DNA of 64,000 nt from Nitrospirota bacterium (GTDB lineage: Bacteria; Nitrospirota; Thermodesulfovibrionia; Thermodesulfovibrionales; Dissulfurispiraceae). The notes beneath the pieces are model-generated. The model was not told the origin of the DNA, did not search any database, and worked only from the letters and a program-made list of their open reading frames with translations. The position numbers and the translations under genes are program-made. Positions 51,706 through 61,319 of the stretch are shown here, piece after piece. The number at the start of each line of letters is the position of its first letter. Position 1 is the stretch's first letter. The stretch lies in NCBI GenBank assembly GCA_963710375.1, contig CAVPZX010000002.1, positions 320,001 to 384,000 of the forward strand, given 5' to 3'.

Positions 51706-52030
51706 TTACTTATTATACCTCAAGGGCTCCGATAAACAACTTGCCCCTCCCGATCCCTTCCATACGATAGTTGACAAAGCTGGCCGCATTATGTAATTCT
51801 AATTACGGGAGTTCGCCCGTTCAAGCTTTGCGCAACAAGAAATCACTGAGGAAACTTGAGCAATAGAATCCGGAAAGTACTCTGATATTATCCATCCTTA
51901 ATCAGGGGTAACCCATAAATTAAAGATTGTTACCGGGAACATATCAATAAAAATGAATCCGCTGCTGCCATTTGCAGCCATTTGAGCTTTTAAGGCTTTT
52001 ATCATGACTACCAAGAGAGGTACAAAAAAG

Positions 52031-53290
52031 ATGGAAAATTATATTGCGATCTCAGAATTGAAAGAGAAGACCATTGACGACCTTGCCGGTCTTGCCAAAG
52101 AACTGAACGTAGAGGGCGCGTCAGGGTTGAGAAAGCAGGACCTGATTTTCGCCATTCTTCAGGCCCAGGCTGAAAAAGCAGGGAGCGTTTACGGTTCAGG
52201 AGTGCTGGAGATACTGCCCGACGGCTTCGGTTTCCTCCGTTCGCCAGACTACAGCTATTTGCCGAGTCCCGACGATATATATGTATCACCGTCACAGATC
52301 AGGAGGTTCAGTTTACGCACAGGTGATTATGTATCCGGCCAGATCAGGCCGCCCAAAGACAATGAGCGGTACTTCGCCCTGTTGAAGGTGGAGAGCATCA
52401 ACAATGAATCGATCGAGCGTAATGTGAACCGTCCGCTCTTCGATAATCTCACCCCATATTATCCCACTGAAAAGGTAACCCTTGAGTATGATAATGACTT
52501 CTCGATGAGGGTAATGGAATTGACAGCCCCTATAGGCAAAGGCCAGAGGGGTCTGATAGTTGCAGCACCGAGGACCGGTAAGACAATGCTGCTGCAATCA
52601 ATTGCAAAAGCGATCACAACAAATCATAAAGAAATTCACCTTATTATTCTGCTTATCGACGAACGGCCTGAGGAGGTAACGGACTGGAAAAGACAGGTAA
52701 GCGGCGCAGAGATCATAAGTTCAACCTTTGACGAGCCACCCCAGCGGCATTGCCAGGTATCGGAGATGGTTATCGAGCGGGCCAAGAGGCTGGTGGAAAC
52801 AAGAAAAGACGTGGTCATCCTCCTTGACAGTATAACAAGGCTGGCAAGGGCATATAACGCAATAACACCCACCAGCGGTAAAGTGCTGTCCGGAGGACTC
52901 GATGCCAACGCGCTGCAGAGGCCCAAGAGATTTTTCGGCACGGCGAGGAGCATAGAGGAAGGCGGCAGTCTGACCATTTTGGCGACAGCGCTTGTCGATA
53001 CGGGAAGCCGTATGGATGACGTCATTTTTGAAGAATTTAAAGGGACCGGCAATATGGAACTGCATCTCGACCGAAAGCTTGTGGACAAGAGAATATTCCC
53101 GAGCATTGATATCAATTCATCAGGCACAAGAAAAGAAGAACTGCTCGTTGACAGGGACATCCTGAACAAGATGTGGATTCTCAGAAAGGTGCTGAACCCG
53201 TTGAGCACTGTAGAAAGTGTTGAATTCCTGCTGAGCAAGCTTAAAGGCACGAGGAGCAACAGCGAGTTCCTGGAGATGATGAACAAATAG
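52031..53290 (+). CDS. rho: Transcription termination factor Rho
   Basis: [38 protein letters not shown]. Confidence 0.98.
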   Translation: MENYIAISELKEKTIDDLAGLAKELNVEGASGLRKQDLIFAILQAQAEKAGSVYGSGVLEILPDGFGFLRSPDYSYLPSPDDIYVSPSQIRRFSLRTGDYVSGQIRPPKDNERYFALLKVESINNESIERNVNRPLFDNLTPYYPTEKVTLEYDNDFSMRVMELTAPIGKGQRGLIVAAPRTGKTMLLQSIAKAITTNHKEIHLIILLIDERPEEVTDWKRQVSGAEIISSTFDEPPQRHCQVSEMVIERAKRLVETRKDVVILLDSITRLARAYNAITPTSGKVLSGGLDANALQRPKRFFGTARSIEEGGSLTILATALVDTGSRMDDVIFEEFKGTGNMELHLDRKLVDKRIFPSIDINSSGTRKEELLVDRDILNKMWILRKVLNPLSTVESVEFLLSKLKGTRSNSEFLEMMNK

Positions 53291-53331
53291 CCGGCGGGCC
53301 AGTAAACTGAAGGTCCGGAATTCGACAACCT

Positions 53332-53724
53332 ATGCAACTGGAAGATAATGGAAAATGTTTCGTATGTGGCAAAGACAACCCATGCGGTCTAAAACTCTCC
53401 TTTGCTCTCCTAGACGGAAAAATCACTTCTGAATTTACTCCCTCCTCTCTGCATCAGGGGTATAAAGACATTACCCACGGAGGCATAATTACGGCTCTTC
53501 TCGACGAAGCCATGATACAGGCGGCTCTGATCGAGGGGATTTCCCCTGTTACTGCAGAAATTAATGTGCGCTTTAAAAAACCTTTAATTGCCGGACAGCT
53601 GACGCATATAGAAGCCGAAATAGTGAGCAAAGGCACTCGGCTCATTGAAGCCAGGGCGAGGTTGACATCCGGCGCTCAAGGCAATGTGATTGCCGAAGGG
53701 CATGCAAAACTGCTGATAAAATGA
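53332..53724 (+). CDS. PaaI-family thioesterase
   Basis: CFVCG..NP.GL, HGG....LLDE hotdog motif. Confidence 0.88.
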   Translation: MQLEDNGKCFVCGKDNPCGLKLSFALLDGKITSEFTPSSLHQGYKDITHGGIITALLDEAMIQAALIEGISPVTAEINVRFKKPLIAGQLTHIEAEIVSKGTRLIEARARLTSGAQGNVIAEGHAKLLIK

Positions 53725-55773
53725 AAAACCAAATCTTCATAATATGTTCGCTTATAGTAGTTATCTCCGGAATTATAACCCTCAGTATTTTTTTCCAGCA
53801 GTCGCTGCAAATGGAAATTGCCGAGCGGTTCAACAGCCAGCAGTTCTTGCTTTCAGAATCAATTGCAGACAACATAAAATCTTATGTCCTGCGCGAACAA
53901 GAGGAACTCCTTTTAACAGCGCGTATCCTGTCTGAAGACGACATGCGGAGCGAAAGGGGCTTCACTGAAATAGAAGAAAAACTCAAGACAGACTCATAAG
54001 GGAATGGTTGACACAAAACTCGGATTGCTCAACACGCACGGGGAACTGCTCTTCTTTCGAGGGGAGAGGGACCTGCTGCGGCCCGATATGCCCGATATAA
54101 TACAGCGGGCAAAAGGCATGGAGTTCGGCACGACACGCCTGATCGAGAAGTCACCTTATCTCTATATCATATCACCGGTCCGCCAGCAGACAGGCCCTGG
54201 ATACATAGCTTTCTTCAGCACCAGAATAGAAACCATCTCCAACATCGCCCAAAATTTCGTGCGCAGCATCAAATCCAGGACCATCAGATATGCTTGGATG
54301 ATGGATAAAGACGGCACTCTGCTTTTCCACCCCAAGCAGCCCGGCATGGTGGGGAGAAACCTTTATAAGGCAGACCCTACCTGCTTTAAATGCCACCTCA
54401 ACTTCGATCTCGAAAAAAAAATCGTAGAGGGCCGGATCGAGAACGTCGGCAGATATATCTCTCCATCAGGCAAAGATAAGATCGTAGCATTCTCGACAAT
54501 GCCCATAGGCGACCTGAAGTGGATTATCGCGGTATCATCACCTTACACCGAAGTGTCTCTCCCCATAAAGCAAAGCATGAAGCTCTATTCCTACCTTATC
54601 GTATCAATTTTTATCACCACCAGCTTTGTTTCTGCAGTGCTCATTGTCTTCAACAAAAAGAGGATCAGTGCACAGGCGGTCGCGCGGAGAAAAGAAGAAC
54701 TGGAGAAGTACGCGGCGCAACTCGAAGACCGGGTCAATGAGCGGACCGCCGAATTATCAAGTGAAAAAGAAAAACTGAATACGATCGTGAGCACAATCGG
54801 CGGAGGAATCATCCTGGTCTCAAAAGAGGGCCAAATCCAGTGGGCCAACCAGATGATGGGGGACATGGCCGGCACGAACGTGATCGGCAAGTACTGCGAG
54901 GAGTTGTTCCAGGATTGCAATCTGGCTGCCACTTACTCCCACGATCATATAGACACTATCATACTCACAAACCTTTTCGACCGGAAAGACGACTATTTTC
55001 AGGTGACCACCGCACCCCTGATAGGAGATACCGGTGAATTGCACGGCTATATACGACTCATTCAGGATGTCACCGAAATAAAAAAGATGGAGGAGCAGAT
55101 AATCAACTCTGAAAAACTCGCCTCTATCGGCAGGCTCGCAGCAGGCATCGCCCATGAAATCGGCAATCCGCTCACTTCCATTTTTTCATTCGTGCAGATT
55201 CTCAGGGAAATGGAAAGGGAAGATACATTTAAGAGAGAGAGCCTCGAAACGATCTCCTTCCATGTCAACAGGATTTCGGAGATACTAAAACAGCTTTCGG
55301 GATTTGCGAAAATACCCTCGGGCGAATCGAAGCGTTGTATGGTCAATGAAATCATCGATACTGCCCTAAACCTGATCCAGTATGATAAAAAAGCAAAAAA
55401 TATCTCTATTTTGAAAGAGCTTTCATCAGATCTTCCTGAGATAGTAACCGATGCCAACCAGTTGTCGCAGGTCTTCGTGAACCTTACCCTTAATGCAATC
55501 GACGCCATGCCCGATGGGGGTACGCTCACGGTGAGGAGTTTTACGCGTGACGGCTCGATCGCGATTCAGTTCCAGGACACCGGCATAGGCATACCGAAAA
55601 AGGATATCAATAAAATATTCGATCCTTTTTACACAACCAAAGAGAAGGGAACAGGGCTGGGGCTGGCGGTAAGCTATGATATAATAAAAAAAATGAACGG
55701 AACCCTTGCAGTCTCCAGCAAACCAGGTAAGAGTACCACCTTTACCATACTGCTGCCTGTGGAGCATTCATGA
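53721..55773 (+). pseudogene. Sensor histidine kinase (Cache with CxxCH, PAS, HisKA, HATPase) split by a frameshift
   Basis: 53721-53999 encodes TM1 and start of sensor domain; 54004-55773 continues in another frame with CFKCH, TM2, AHEIGNPL, GTGLGL; may be an assembly error. Confidence 0.7.
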
Positions 55774-57125
55774 AGCCTAAAATCCTTGTAGTGGACGACG
55801 AGCGTGATATCTGCAAGGCCCTGGCCTTTCTGCTTGGCCAGGAAGGCTATGCCGTTACAACGGCAAACAGCGGCGAGCAGGCGATCCAGCAACTTAATGA
55901 AGAACATTTTGATGTAGTGCTTACCGATCTGAAAATGGGCAAGATCGACGGAATGGGGGTGCTCGAAAAAGTAAAAGATATGACTCCTGATACTAAGGTT
56001 ATCATGATGACGGCCTTTGCATCGCTTGAGTCTGCAATAGAGGCAATGAAGCGTGGGGCTGTGGATTACATAGTTAAGCCTTTCCATAACGAAGAAATTA
56101 AACTCGCTATAAAAAGAATTCTAGAGCAGAAAAGGCTCGTTATCGAAAATATTGCCCTCAAACAGCAGATAAGCCAACGACAAGGCATATCATTCAAGGA
56201 ATTCGTCGGGATTTCTGCACCGATGCTGAAGATATTTGAAACTCTCGAAAAGGTAATCCCAACAAAGAGCAATATCTTTCTATTAGGCGAAAGCGGTTCG
56301 GGAAAGGGACTTATTGCAGAGATCGTTCACTGCAACAGCCCTCGCCGCGATAAGCCATTTATATCAATAAACTGCTCCGCTATCCCCGAAGGATTGCTGG
56401 AATCCGAGCTTTTCGGGTACAAAAAAGGGGCATTCACCGGAGCGGTTGCCGACAAATTGGGTCTTATACCTCTTGCCAATCAGGGCACTTTTTTCCTGGA
56501 CGAAATAGGTGACATGCCGATTTCCTTGCAGGCAAAACTCCTTAAAGTGCTCGAAACAGGAGAAGTCTATCCTCTTGGTGATACAAAACCACGCATTGTC
56601 GATATTCGCATTATTTCGGCAACCAATGCTGATATCGATAATAAAATCAGGGAAGGCAAGTTCAGGGAGGACCTTTACTGGAGGCTTAATGTAATAGAAA
56701 TAAAGGTCCCGCCGTTGCGCGACAGGAAAGACGATATCGATCTCCTATGCCGGCATTTTATCGCTAAATTTACTGGAGAACACAAAAAAGACATCATCGG
56801 CATTGACAATCTGGCCCTTGCAGCGTTGCTGGACTACTCATGGCCGGGCAATGTTAGGGAATTGAGCAACACCATAGAGCGCTCGGTTGTCCTTGCGGGG
56901 GGCAGGATTATAAGTCTCTGTGATCTCCCGGAGAAGCTGAGAAAGCCTGATCACGAACAAGAAACCTCCCTCCTTAAAGTTTATGTCGCCGATTACGAAA
57001 AAAATATGATATTGAAAACGTATGCCGCCCACAATAAAAATAAAGACGAAACCGCGAGGGCTCTCGGCGTCAACCTTGCCACGCTTTACAGGAAATTCAA
57101 GAAATTTTGCATAGAAACCGAATGA
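55770..57125 (+). CDS. NtrC-family sigma54-dependent response regulator
   Basis: REC (VDDE, TDLKM), GESGSGKG, GAFTGA, LDEIG, WPGNVREL, HTH. Confidence 0.95.
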   Translation: MKPKILVVDDERDICKALAFLLGQEGYAVTTANSGEQAIQQLNEEHFDVVLTDLKMGKIDGMGVLEKVKDMTPDTKVIMMTAFASLESAIEAMKRGAVDYIVKPFHNEEIKLAIKRILEQKRLVIENIALKQQISQRQGISFKEFVGISAPMLKIFETLEKVIPTKSNIFLLGESGSGKGLIAEIVHCNSPRRDKPFISINCSAIPEGLLESELFGYKKGAFTGAVADKLGLIPLANQGTFFLDEIGDMPISLQAKLLKVLETGEVYPLGDTKPRIVDIRIISATNADIDNKIREGKFREDLYWRLNVIEIKVPPLRDRKDDIDLLCRHFIAKFTGEHKKDIIGIDNLALAALLDYSWPGNVRELSNTIERSVVLAGGRIISLCDLPEKLRKPDHEQETSLLKVYVADYEKNMILKTYAAHNKNKDETARALGVNLATLYRKFKKFCIETE

Positions 57126-57183
57126 AAAAGGCGCCTCTAGTGAGTGAGCACAGCGAGCGATTGCCTGAAGGTATTTATAGCAA

Positions 57184-57489
57184 ATGAAAAAGGCTTTTTA
57201 CATCGGAGCGGCAACTGGCGGAATTCTTGGTGCTATAGTAGCATTGAGCATGGATTTTCTGTTGGGCAATGCTGTCGGCGGCAGTTGGGGTGATGCGGTT
57301 GCGCACGATCTGAATTACTATTTCAAGGCGAATCTGCCTGCGAACCATGTACTCGTCGTATTAGGCGTCTTTATAGTTATCGGAATCATTATGGCTTTCG
57401 GCTCTCTTATCGGCGGAGTATTCAGCATGATGATCGCCCGACTCTTCAGCATGCTTATAAAAGAAGAAAAGAAAGGCTATAGGCAATAG
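57184..57489 (+). CDS. Small two-TM membrane protein, unknown function
   Basis: Two hydrophobic segments; fills the gap between flanking genes. Confidence 0.7.
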   Translation: MKKAFYIGAATGGILGAIVALSMDFLLGNAVGGSWGDAVAHDLNYYFKANLPANHVLVVLGVFIVIGIIMAFGSLIGGVFSMMIARLFSMLIKEEKKGYRQ

Positions 57490-57553
57490 GCTATGGACAA
57501 TGGGTTAAGGAAAGAAATTTTGTTCCTTTGCCTATAGCCTATTGCCTTTCTTT
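57468..57553. repeat. Inverted tandem micro-array, 7-mer AGGCWAT
   Basis: AAAGAA AGGCTAT AGGCAAT AGGCTAT GGACAAT GGGTTAA ... TTTGCCT ATAGCCT ATTGCCT TTCTTT; contains stops of both convergent genes. Confidence 0.88.
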
Positions 57554-58012
57554 CAACAGACACACAGCCTGGGCCGCAATACCTTCTCCCCTGCCGACAA
57601 ACCCCATTCCTTCGTTGGTCTTTGCCTTAATATTGATGGTGGAAGAGGGAATTCCAGCCTCTGCAAAGACTGCCTTCATTGAATCAATAAACGGGGCCAG
57701 CTTAGGTCTTTCTGCAAGGACAACCGCATCTATCCATACGACCTCATACCTGTGAGAATGCACAAGCTCCAAAATATGCTGCAAGAGCCCCATACTTGAG
57801 GCGTCTTTCCATCGCTCTTCAGTATCGGGGAAGTGTTTTCCTATGTCGCCGGCGCCGAGCGCACCGATAAGGGCATCAATAACGGCGTGACAGAGCACAT
57901 CGCCGTCTGAATGGCCGAGCAGGCCTTTTTCAAAAGGGACATCCACGCCGCCAATAATCAGGCGTCTGCCGTTGACGAGCCGGTGCGAATCATATCCGGT
58001 ACCTATGCGCAT
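57539..58012 (-). CDS. ispF: 2-C-methyl-D-erythritol 2,4-cyclodiphosphate synthase
   Basis: RIG.GYDSH, HSDGDV..HA, GDIG.HF, KAKT.E. Confidence 0.96.
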   Translation of the reverse strand: MRIGTGYDSHRLVNGRRLIIGGVDVPFEKGLLGHSDGDVLCHAVIDALIGALGAGDIGKHFPDTEERWKDASSMGLLQHILELVHSHRYEVVWIDAVVLAERPKLAPFIDSMKAVFAEAGIPSSTINIKAKTNEGMGFVGRGEGIAAQAVCLLKERQ

Positions 58013-58743
58013 GATTTTGACCTGCTTCGATACAGGGTCTCGGCAATATTGACATCTTCCAGGGTAGTAATTTTTAAATTCATATATGAGCCCTCGATGA
58101 TCCTGACGCGTCCACCGTAATGTTCGATCAGGGCGGCATCATCAGTTGCATAGTACCCTTCGGCAAGCGCCCTGCCGTGCGCTTCCCTTATCTTCGCGTA
58201 ATTAAAGGTCTGGGGCGTCTGGACCGCCCACAGGACATTGCGATTCAGGGTCCTTAGGACAATAAGCCCATCTCCCAGCCCTTTCGCCCCGCCTGAGGCG
58301 GGCTCTTTGCCTTGCACCTCTTTGATCGTGTCCTTCACTGGCACACCCACAACAATACCGTCAAAACCATCCAACTGCGATATGCTGTTTTTAATCAGCA
58401 AACTGTTCACCAGCGGTCTCGCGCCGTCATGAATTACAACGATGGAGGTCTCGTTATCAAGCGCCCTGAGCCCGTTATATACAGAATCCTGCCGCTCCCT
58501 GCCTCCAGGAACAATCTGCCTGACTTTGGCTATATTGTATCGTTCTACCAGATCTGCCGCTGCTTTGAGGTCCTCTTCCTTGACTACAGGTATTATCTCT
58601 CCGATCTCATCGACGGACTGGAGCGCCTGTAGTGCCCAGACAACCAGCGGTTTGCCCATAAACTCAAACAGCGACTTGTTTTCTCCGGCTCCGAAACGCC
58701 TGCCGAGTCCTGCGGCAGGTACAATCGCTCCAATTTTGTCCAC
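58003..58743 (-). CDS. ispD: 2-C-methyl-D-erythritol 4-phosphate cytidylyltransferase
   Basis: AAG.G.R, GG.ERQDSV, HDGARP, QTPQ, TDDA, KIT. Confidence 0.96.
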   Translation of the reverse strand: MDKIGAIVPAAGLGRRFGAGENKSLFEFMGKPLVVWALQALQSVDEIGEIIPVVKEEDLKAAADLVERYNIAKVRQIVPGGRERQDSVYNGLRALDNETSIVVIHDGARPLVNSLLIKNSISQLDGFDGIVVGVPVKDTIKEVQGKEPASGGAKGLGDGLIVLRTLNRNVLWAVQTPQTFNYAKIREAHGRALAEGYYATDDAALIEHYGGRVRIIEGSYMNLKITTLEDVNIAETLYRSRSKSCA

Positions 58744-58752
58744 CGACGTTTT

Positions 58753-59736
58753 TTATTCCTCTTCCTTCAACTTTGCAAATATCATTCTTCCAGCCGTAGT
58801 CTGCAAAACACTCGTAACTGCCACCTCGACATTCTTACCGATAAGCTTCCTGGAATTTTCAATTACTACCATAGTACCATCATCAAGGTAGGCTACACCC
58901 TGGTTGTATTCCTTTCCTTCTTTGACAATAAACAGGTTGAGGGTCTCTCCCGGTAGCACTACCGGCTTGAGCACATTTGCAAGTTCATTGATATTCAATA
59001 CGACCACGCCCTGCAGCTGCGCCACCTTGTTCAAGTTGAAATCATTGGTGATGATCTTGCCGTTCAGGAGCCGTGCCAGGGAAATGAGTTTGGCATCCAC
59101 CTCTTTTATGTTCGGGAAATCCTCTTCGACTATCCTGACTTTTATGTTCGACATCTTCTGAATCCGGTGCAGCACGTCAAGTCCGCGTCTTCCCTTTGAT
59201 CTCCTCATAGGATCGGGAGAATCGGCGATGTACTGAAGTTCCTGAAGTATAAATTGAGCAATAATAAACGTGCCCTCCAGAAAACCGGCTTCGATGACCT
59301 CTGCTATACGTCCGTCAATGATCACGCTGGTATCAAGGACCTTCAGCCCTTCCTCGAGTTCCTGGCCTTTAAACAGCCTCATGATTGCAGGAATGGTAAG
59401 ATTCTTTCCCCTGTAAAGACCTACAAACAACCCTCCGTATCCGAGTATAGCGTTCAGGGCAAATGTGGATAACGTCCAGTTTTCACCAATAATAATCGAG
59501 TGGAAAGGAAATAAAAGTAGATTGGCGAATAAAAGCCCTGTTGTCAGACCGAAAAGCCCTCCGATCACGGATCCGAAAGAAACCTTGCTCAGCCTTATCT
59601 CTACAACAATAGTGATCAAACCCAGAAAAATGCCCGTAACTAATCCCTGGGCTATAAAGCCGTATTTCAAGCCGTAAAAATATCCTGCTATCAAAAAAAC
59701 CGCTAATATGATAATACGTGCAAGCAGTGTAGACAC
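58753..59736 (-). CDS. PIN/TRAM domain membrane protein (YacL-like)
   Basis: LDTSVIIDGRI, TNDFNLNKVA, YLDDGTM, QT.AGRMIF; yacL-ispD-ispF order. Confidence 0.93.
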   Translation of the reverse strand: MSTLLARIIILAVFLIAGYFYGLKYGFIAQGLVTGIFLGLITIVVEIRLSKVSFGSVIGGLFGLTTGLLFANLLLFPFHSIIIGENWTLSTFALNAILGYGGLFVGLYRGKNLTIPAIMRLFKGQELEEGLKVLDTSVIIDGRIAEVIEAGFLEGTFIIAQFILQELQYIADSPDPMRRSKGRRGLDVLHRIQKMSNIKVRIVEEDFPNIKEVDAKLISLARLLNGKIITNDFNLNKVAQLQGVVVLNINELANVLKPVVLPGETLNLFIVKEGKEYNQGVAYLDDGTMVVIENSRKLIGKNVEVAVTSVLQTTAGRMIFAKLKEEE

Positions 59737-59768
59737 ATGTTTCACCCCCTTTCCGAATATAATAAACA

Positions 59769-59854
59769 AAGGTTAAGGTAGAGGTTAAGGTTAAGGAAAA
59801 AATTAAAACAAAGTCTTTGGTTTCTTTTCTTTACCTCAGCCTTAACCTTAATCT
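59769..59854. repeat. Inverted tandem micro-array, 6-mer AAGGTT
   Basis: AAGGTT AAGGTA GAGGTT AAGGTT AAGG ... TACCTC AGCCTT AACCTT AATCT. Confidence 0.82.
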
Positions 59855-59858
59855 GTCT

Positions 59859-61316
59859 TTACTGCGGCGACAATGCAACGTAAAACTTTTTACCGCCGCG
59901 ATTAACAAACAGCAAGACCGTATCGATCGGTCTCACTTTGGCTGCAGCTTTGTTGAATTCATTCAGATTCGAGATCCTCTGTCTGTCAACCTCCTGCACA
60001 ATGTCACCTTTTTTCAGACCCGCTTCGTCCGCGGGTGAATCCGGTTCAATTTTGACTACAACAACTCCCTTCTCGTCATATTCCACGCCAAGCTGTTTGA
60101 TTATAGATCGAGTAATGTCCGTGGCAGCCACGCCCGAGAGGGCATTTTCGTTAGTTTCCTGCTTCGAAGATACCACGCCCGAAGTCATATCGGACGCATC
60201 AGTCGGAAGCTCGACAATATTCACCACAGTTGCCAACATCTTATCTCTTCTCAACAATTTAATGCCCACCTGATCACCAATCCGGCTCTGTGCTACCATA
60301 TTTCTCAGGACACCCACGTCTTCAACCTTTTTCCCATCAAATTCAAGAATGATATCTCCCCTCATTATGCCTGCTACCTGTGCAGGACTCCCCTGTGCGA
60401 CATCACTGACAAGAGCTCCCTCAGAGAATTTAAGGCCAAACTTCTGGGCAAGCTCAGGTGTGAGTTCCTGTATTGTGACACCTATCCACCCGCGGACCAC
60501 CTTGCCTTTTTTCAACAGCTGGTCCATAACAAGTCGGACCATATTGCTCGGTACGGCAAATCCGATGCCCTGGTAGCCGCCCGTCTTTGAGAAAATTGCA
60601 GTATTTATACCTATCAACTGGCCTTTTATATTCACTAACGGTCCACCCGAATTCCCGGGATTGATGGCGGCATCGGTCTGGATGAAATTTTCATAATCGG
60701 CAATCCCTACATCCACACGGCCGACCGCGCTCACAATGCCCATCGTAACTGTATGACTTAAGGCAAAAGGGTTCCCTATGGCAAGAACAAATTCGCCTAC
60801 CTGGAGCCTATCCGAATCACCCCACGGTATAACGGGAAGATCCTTTGCACTGATTCTTATAACCGCAAGATCGGTTTTTGGATCTGATCCTATAATCTTT
60901 GCCCTGAAACTCCTCTTATCAAAGAGAATGACCTTAATATCATCCGACTGCTCGACAACATGATAATTGGTAATAATATAGCCATCGGGGGAAGCAATAA
61001 CTCCGGAACCCAGGCTTTGCTCTTTCCATTTCTTCACGCGGCCCTCAGGGAATGGATACAGGAAATCAAAAAACTCGTCAAAGGGGGTCGGCTGACGTTT
61101 CAGAGTCTTGATACTGGAAATATTAACAACCGCAGGTGAAACAGCCTTTACTATGTCGGAAAACCCCCGCGAGGTATCGGCAACTGAAAATGGCACTCTT
61201 GGCGTAAAGGGAATGTATGATGGAGCTGTACTTTTGCTCAAGATATGGTAGGTAATGCCTCCAAGCAGAAATCCTATCAACAAAAGTACCGGGATCCAGA
61301 TAATCTGTTTTTTCAT
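59859..61316 (-). CDS. HtrA/DegP-DegQ serine protease with two PDZ domains
   Basis: TNYHV, DLAV, GNSGGPL triad; two PDZ domains. Confidence 0.95.
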   Translation of the reverse strand: MKKQIIWIPVLLLIGFLLGGITYHILSKSTAPSYIPFTPRVPFSVADTSRGFSDIVKAVSPAVVNISSIKTLKRQPTPFDEFFDFLYPFPEGRVKKWKEQSLGSGVIASPDGYIITNYHVVEQSDDIKVILFDKRSFRAKIIGSDPKTDLAVIRISAKDLPVIPWGDSDRLQVGEFVLAIGNPFALSHTVTMGIVSAVGRVDVGIADYENFIQTDAAINPGNSGGPLVNIKGQLIGINTAIFSKTGGYQGIGFAVPSNMVRLVMDQLLKKGKVVRGWIGVTIQELTPELAQKFGLKFSEGALVSDVAQGSPAQVAGIMRGDIILEFDGKKVEDVGVLRNMVAQSRIGDQVGIKLLRRDKMLATVVNIVELPTDASDMTSGVVSSKQETNENALSGVAATDITRSIIKQLGVEYDEKGVVVVKIEPDSPADEAGLKKGDIVQEVDRQRISNLNEFNKAAAKVRPIDTVLLFVNRGGKKFYVALSPQ

Positions 61317-61319
61317 AAT

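Noticed and set aside
53990..54006. Selenocysteine readthrough joining the two kinase ORFs
   Set aside because: The stop is TAA and the ORFs are in different frames.
57136..57160. GAGTGAGCACAGCGAGCGA as a REP remnant
   Set aside because: Single degenerate occurrence; cannot be supported from this window.
18230..59854. Micro-arrays as CRISPR arrays
   Set aside because: Units are 6-8 nt, contiguous, with no unique spacers between repeats; no cas genes in the window.
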